The notes under the pieces are model-generated. The model made no database searches. It was given only the letters and a program-made list of their open reading frames with translations, and was not told the origin of the DNA. Source: Macrostomum lignano (lineage: Eukaryota). From it: a stretch of 64,000 nt of DNA. Below, piece by piece: positions 60,160-64,000 of this stretch. The position numbers and the translations under genes were made by a program. The stretch covers positions 434,001 through 498,000 of the forward strand of contig NIVC01000384.1 of NCBI GenBank assembly GCA_002269645.1, in the 5' to 3' direction. Numbering within the stretch: the stretch's first letter is position 1; every line of letters starts with the position of its first letter.

Positions 60160-62078
60160 AATTCGATACAGAGCAGGCCTACTTATATAGAAGTTACATG
60201 AAGGCTCGAAGATTTGCGTCTAATTATTAATCTATTTTTCTGAAAAAAAAGAAATAGAAAAATACTAAAATTACTGCAATTTTAAAGTTTTGGAATGACT
60301 AATTTGCATTCTAATTGTTTACAAGCAATATTTTATACAGACAGTAGTAATTATCATTTGGGTCGCAGATCAAACTCCAAGTCACAGGCGAGTGTACATG
60401 TCTGACAATAAGAAAGCCAGGGCTGTTGTACACTCTGTGTGAGCTTGTGTACGAGTGCGTGACTGCGTACAGGATCGGTGCGCTTGCGTCAGCGAAATGG
60501 GCAGAATTGTGGGACGATGCCAGATCTAAGAAAAGAGTTTATTGTTAAAGATCAAAGAAAAAATTCTTGCTTTTCCAATTTCATAACCTAAGCATTTTAT
60601 ATTAATTAGGAGAAACAAACAACATAGACAGAAAAGAAGCTGTGATGCTACTTAGTCAATTGTTTACATAGTAGACTAGATAAATGCACTTTTGTAACCA
60701 TGTTGCAAGCAATCTATGTTAGTACCTAATCTGTGTCTACCTAGCTTATAAAAAATGTCATTTAGCAACTAGAGCCAAATTCATACTGTATACTCTTTCA
60801 TGTATTCTCAACTATAATGACACAGCTGTTCTCAAGACTCAATTTATCACATTTTTGTTTTACAAAAAAACTTTCTTGGTCAGATCCTTGAGGCATATGT
60901 AGAGTACCAATATATAAATTGAAGCATATATGTATTTGTAGTAGGGCATAATTTGGGGATAGAAATAGATGCGGGACAAATATGATTTTATGCTACTATC
61001 AGTAGTTTCAGCCTGGGGAAGTAATTAGAGTGGGGGAAAATTGCTAGTTTTGGGATCCTTTAAAACTACAGAGCAGTTGGGCTCTTGGGAAAGCAGAGAT
61101 TCTGTTTGTGATCCCATTTGTGATCTTGCATATGCAATATTTCTAAAATTCAAGCAATTGGTAAGGAAGCAAAGAAAAGGGGAAATATAATTTAGGAATG
61201 CACAGAGGAGTCTTGCACAGAGCACATAGGAAGAATAGGGGAGTAATGTAACAAACCAACTTTTGTACAAGTAACATATTCTTTTCTTTATTAAACTTGT
61301 GTTAACTAAACTTTATTGGTATCCTGACTTGATTCTTTAATATCTAACACTAGAATTAGGGAACTCAGGGACCTAGTGGCAGCGAATCTACCAATCTTAA
61401 CCAATATAACCAGTAAATCCACTAGAAAATCCTTAGCACAGAAACCAGTAGCTTAGCTGCGAGGTTACACGCCCATTCCATATTGAAAAATGTAAAATGT
61501 TAAAATTAATCCATGACCCCATCTATGCCCTATACCACATTGAGGCAACTGCGGGCATGCAGAAGCTGCTGTGCAGTTTGACTACTAGCTTGGCTTGGCA
61601 CTCAGCCCAGTAGTGGAAGAAGCTGGTAAATCTATAGTAATTGGTCATGAATCTTAAGTGGCAAGGAGGGGCAAAGGTAGGGATAAGTAAAGGTGGCTAT
61701 AACAACCTGCAAGAGTAGGCAATGACAATTGAAAAATTGAACTCAAGACCTATAGCACATTGACATATTCTACTATGATGTCAAAGAATGTTGCATACAT
61801 CTTGCTATTTGAATTAGTTGAATATCAGTTTGCCAATTGGGTTTATGGCAAATTGTCCAATATTCATTACTAGTTAGCCATAGTTAGGAAGGTATCCTAT
61901 ATGCCAGAATTTTCTAGTGTGCATTAGCCCTTTATAGTTTATTGGCATGCATATTTGGCATGCTTGAATCTTAAAATAGGTACAAATATCTAACTATCTT
62001 CTAGTTTCTGTAAAAGGTAGGAGTTTGTTTGAAAGAAAAAAATAATTAAATGTGATAGTGCTATTTTAAAGAATTTAG

Positions 62079-62418
62079 ATCATACATGCCCAACACCTGT
62101 CCGACCTGTCTGAACCAGACAGGTGAAATAGCCACCGGCCAAGGTAAGTCGCAAAATCAAAAATGGGAAAATGAAAAAAAATTAAGGGAATAAAAAAGGA
62201 GAGGAAAAGAAAAGGAAAAGAAAGGAGGAAGAGAGAGGAGAAAGAGGAGAGAAAAAGAGAAAGAGAAGAAAAGAGAATAGAGGAACTAAGTCGCAATCAG
62301 GAGGAACTAAGTTGTAATCAGGAGGAACTATGTTGCAATTGGGAAGAAGTAAGTTGCAAATCTGGACTAAGTTGCACTGCACCAGACAGGTGAAATTTTG
62401 AGGTTGGTCATGTATGAT
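62079..62418. mobile_element. Putative 340-bp MITE
   Basis: 16-bp TIRs ATCATACATGCCCAAC / GTTGGTCATGTATGAT (1 mismatch); TTAG flanks both sides (possible 4-bp TSD); internal duplicated CCAGACAGGTGAAAT. Confidence 0.55.
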
Positions 62419-64000
62419 TTAGATACCACAACTTATAACCTATAACCTATAACCTAACCTTATCTCATAACCTATTTTTCCTTTTAAGCCTTATTTGCAC
62501 TGCTTTAACAACAAAAAAAGAGAAATTGCACTCTAAGCCTTGAAATTGCACCCTGAAAATTAGGCCCTAGGCATAGGGAGCAATTTTGCACCTTGTCTTG
62601 GGCGAAAAAACCCAGTTCAGCACTAGGCCCTAGGCCTTTTTAGGCTTTTATTGGAATTTGGTCTGAAATACTTTGTTACCAAACTCCCCCAGCCAGTTAA
62701 CAAAATTTTTGCATTGTCAAAATTGAAAGTTTGTCAAAATTTAAGCTCAATCTGTCCATTCTAATTGTAGCTTTCGAGTGCCCAGCCATAGTTTCAATAT
62801 TGAAGAGGAGTTCGTCAGTTCTCAGTTTCTAAATTTTCCTTTTTTAAAATCAAGGGTAAAATGGTGTAGTGTACGTAGTATGCAAATATAATATTAATAG
62901 GGGCCAAAATAAAATTAGGCCTAGGGCTTAGTTGAATTTCTGTTCCTATACATTTGTGACGATGTTGATATTAATCCTTAAACATTAGTGTTTATGCACT
63001 GCATTTTAAATTTTTTTGCTGTATATAACATAGAATGATACAAATAAAGGAAATATTAAGAAAAAAGAAATAAAGGATCTTTGAATTTGACAGTTTGTTT
63101 TATCGTATGTTGCCTTTATATGATAGGTAACTTAACGTATGGTTCAATCGCTAATCTACTGTTCCCCTCAGTTTTCGGTAATCTTTTATTCGTATTTTCC
63201 AGGTGGTTCCATCTTAAGTTGTCACATTTAGTCATTTACTACAGATTGCAGCTGCTGCATGCTCCTCACTCGCGTGAACTCGTTACTCGTGTAGGTAAAC
63301 TGACTGATAAAACTAAACTGTTCATATTTCCGCAAAACTTTCTAAGAAAGCATTATCAGGTAAAACAAATAGCAAACCCACTTAGAATACAGAAATCATT
63401 CTTGTAGCACAAAAGTCACAGTCGCCAGCTTTGTTTTTTGTTTTTATGTTTTTAAAAAACAGAAAGTGAAAGAAATGAAATTTTTCACTGTACATGCATG
63501 CTTCCATTAATTAGCATGTTATATATTTATTAACGTGTTTGCTGGCACTGGAGGCGCAGCACTGCCGATGGAGGGACGTGGAACGGTGATTGGGTGGTCT
63601 GTTCATCCCTCATCCCATCGAATTTTTAGAATTAGATCAGCGCATTACTGTTAGCTTGTAAATCTCACGAAAACGTATACTGTACTAAAAAATTGTGGTC
63701 TCACCCCCTTTAGAGGGACGGGATGGTGATCCAACTGCTGCCCCCTTGCGCCGCCATGCACTGCTTTTTGGATTTATTTTCATATAATAACATGTATCAA
63801 AATCGAGTGATTTTCACAGTGTTACTTTCCAATAGGAATTAGCTAGATGCAATCACATCACCACAGAGGCAGCGGGTTGCGGGATTGCGTAGTCAGGGGG
63901 CGATCGATCTGAATGATGAATCAAAATTTAAATCGCACTTAAGGTTTATCCGTAACTCGCTGCTACATTTAAGCTTTTACTTGATAGAATTGTTTTATTT

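Noticed and set aside
60200-64000. Short ORFs in the AT-rich right end
   Set aside because: They use non-ATG starts, have low-complexity composition and show no motifs or splice-consistent model.

Overview
This is eukaryotic (animal) genomic DNA, not prokaryotic: it contains spliced genes with GT-AG introns, most of which are filled by minisatellites. The style suggests an invertebrate such as the flatworm Macrostomum, but this is an unverified inference. Host genes: a secreted Cys-rich repeat protein (runs off the left edge), a NACHT-WD40 (NWD1/2 family) gene, a charged orphan gene, a BTB/POZ gene, ELAV/Hu, MRPL44, an orphan 7TM GPCR and an AtuA/DUF1446-family gene. Small mobile elements: a DD34D mariner, a long-TIR Tc1/mariner derivative, MITEs and a LINE 3' fragment. 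The main object is a 10,089-bp Maverick/Polinton (adintovirus-like) endogenous virus at 8291-18379 in an NWD intron, with ~530-bp TIRs and a perfect 6-bp TSD (CAGAAT). It carries an rve integrase, penton, core proteins, major capsid protein, adenain protease and packaging ATPase, but no protein-primed DNA polymerase. Its left arm instead encodes a divergent TATA-binding-protein (TBP)-like ORF and a possible T7/NCLDV-type ssDNA-binding protein. Two classes of TATA box precede the left-arm genes and the structural genes. The TBP and SSB assignments come from manual alignment and need profile or structure searches.
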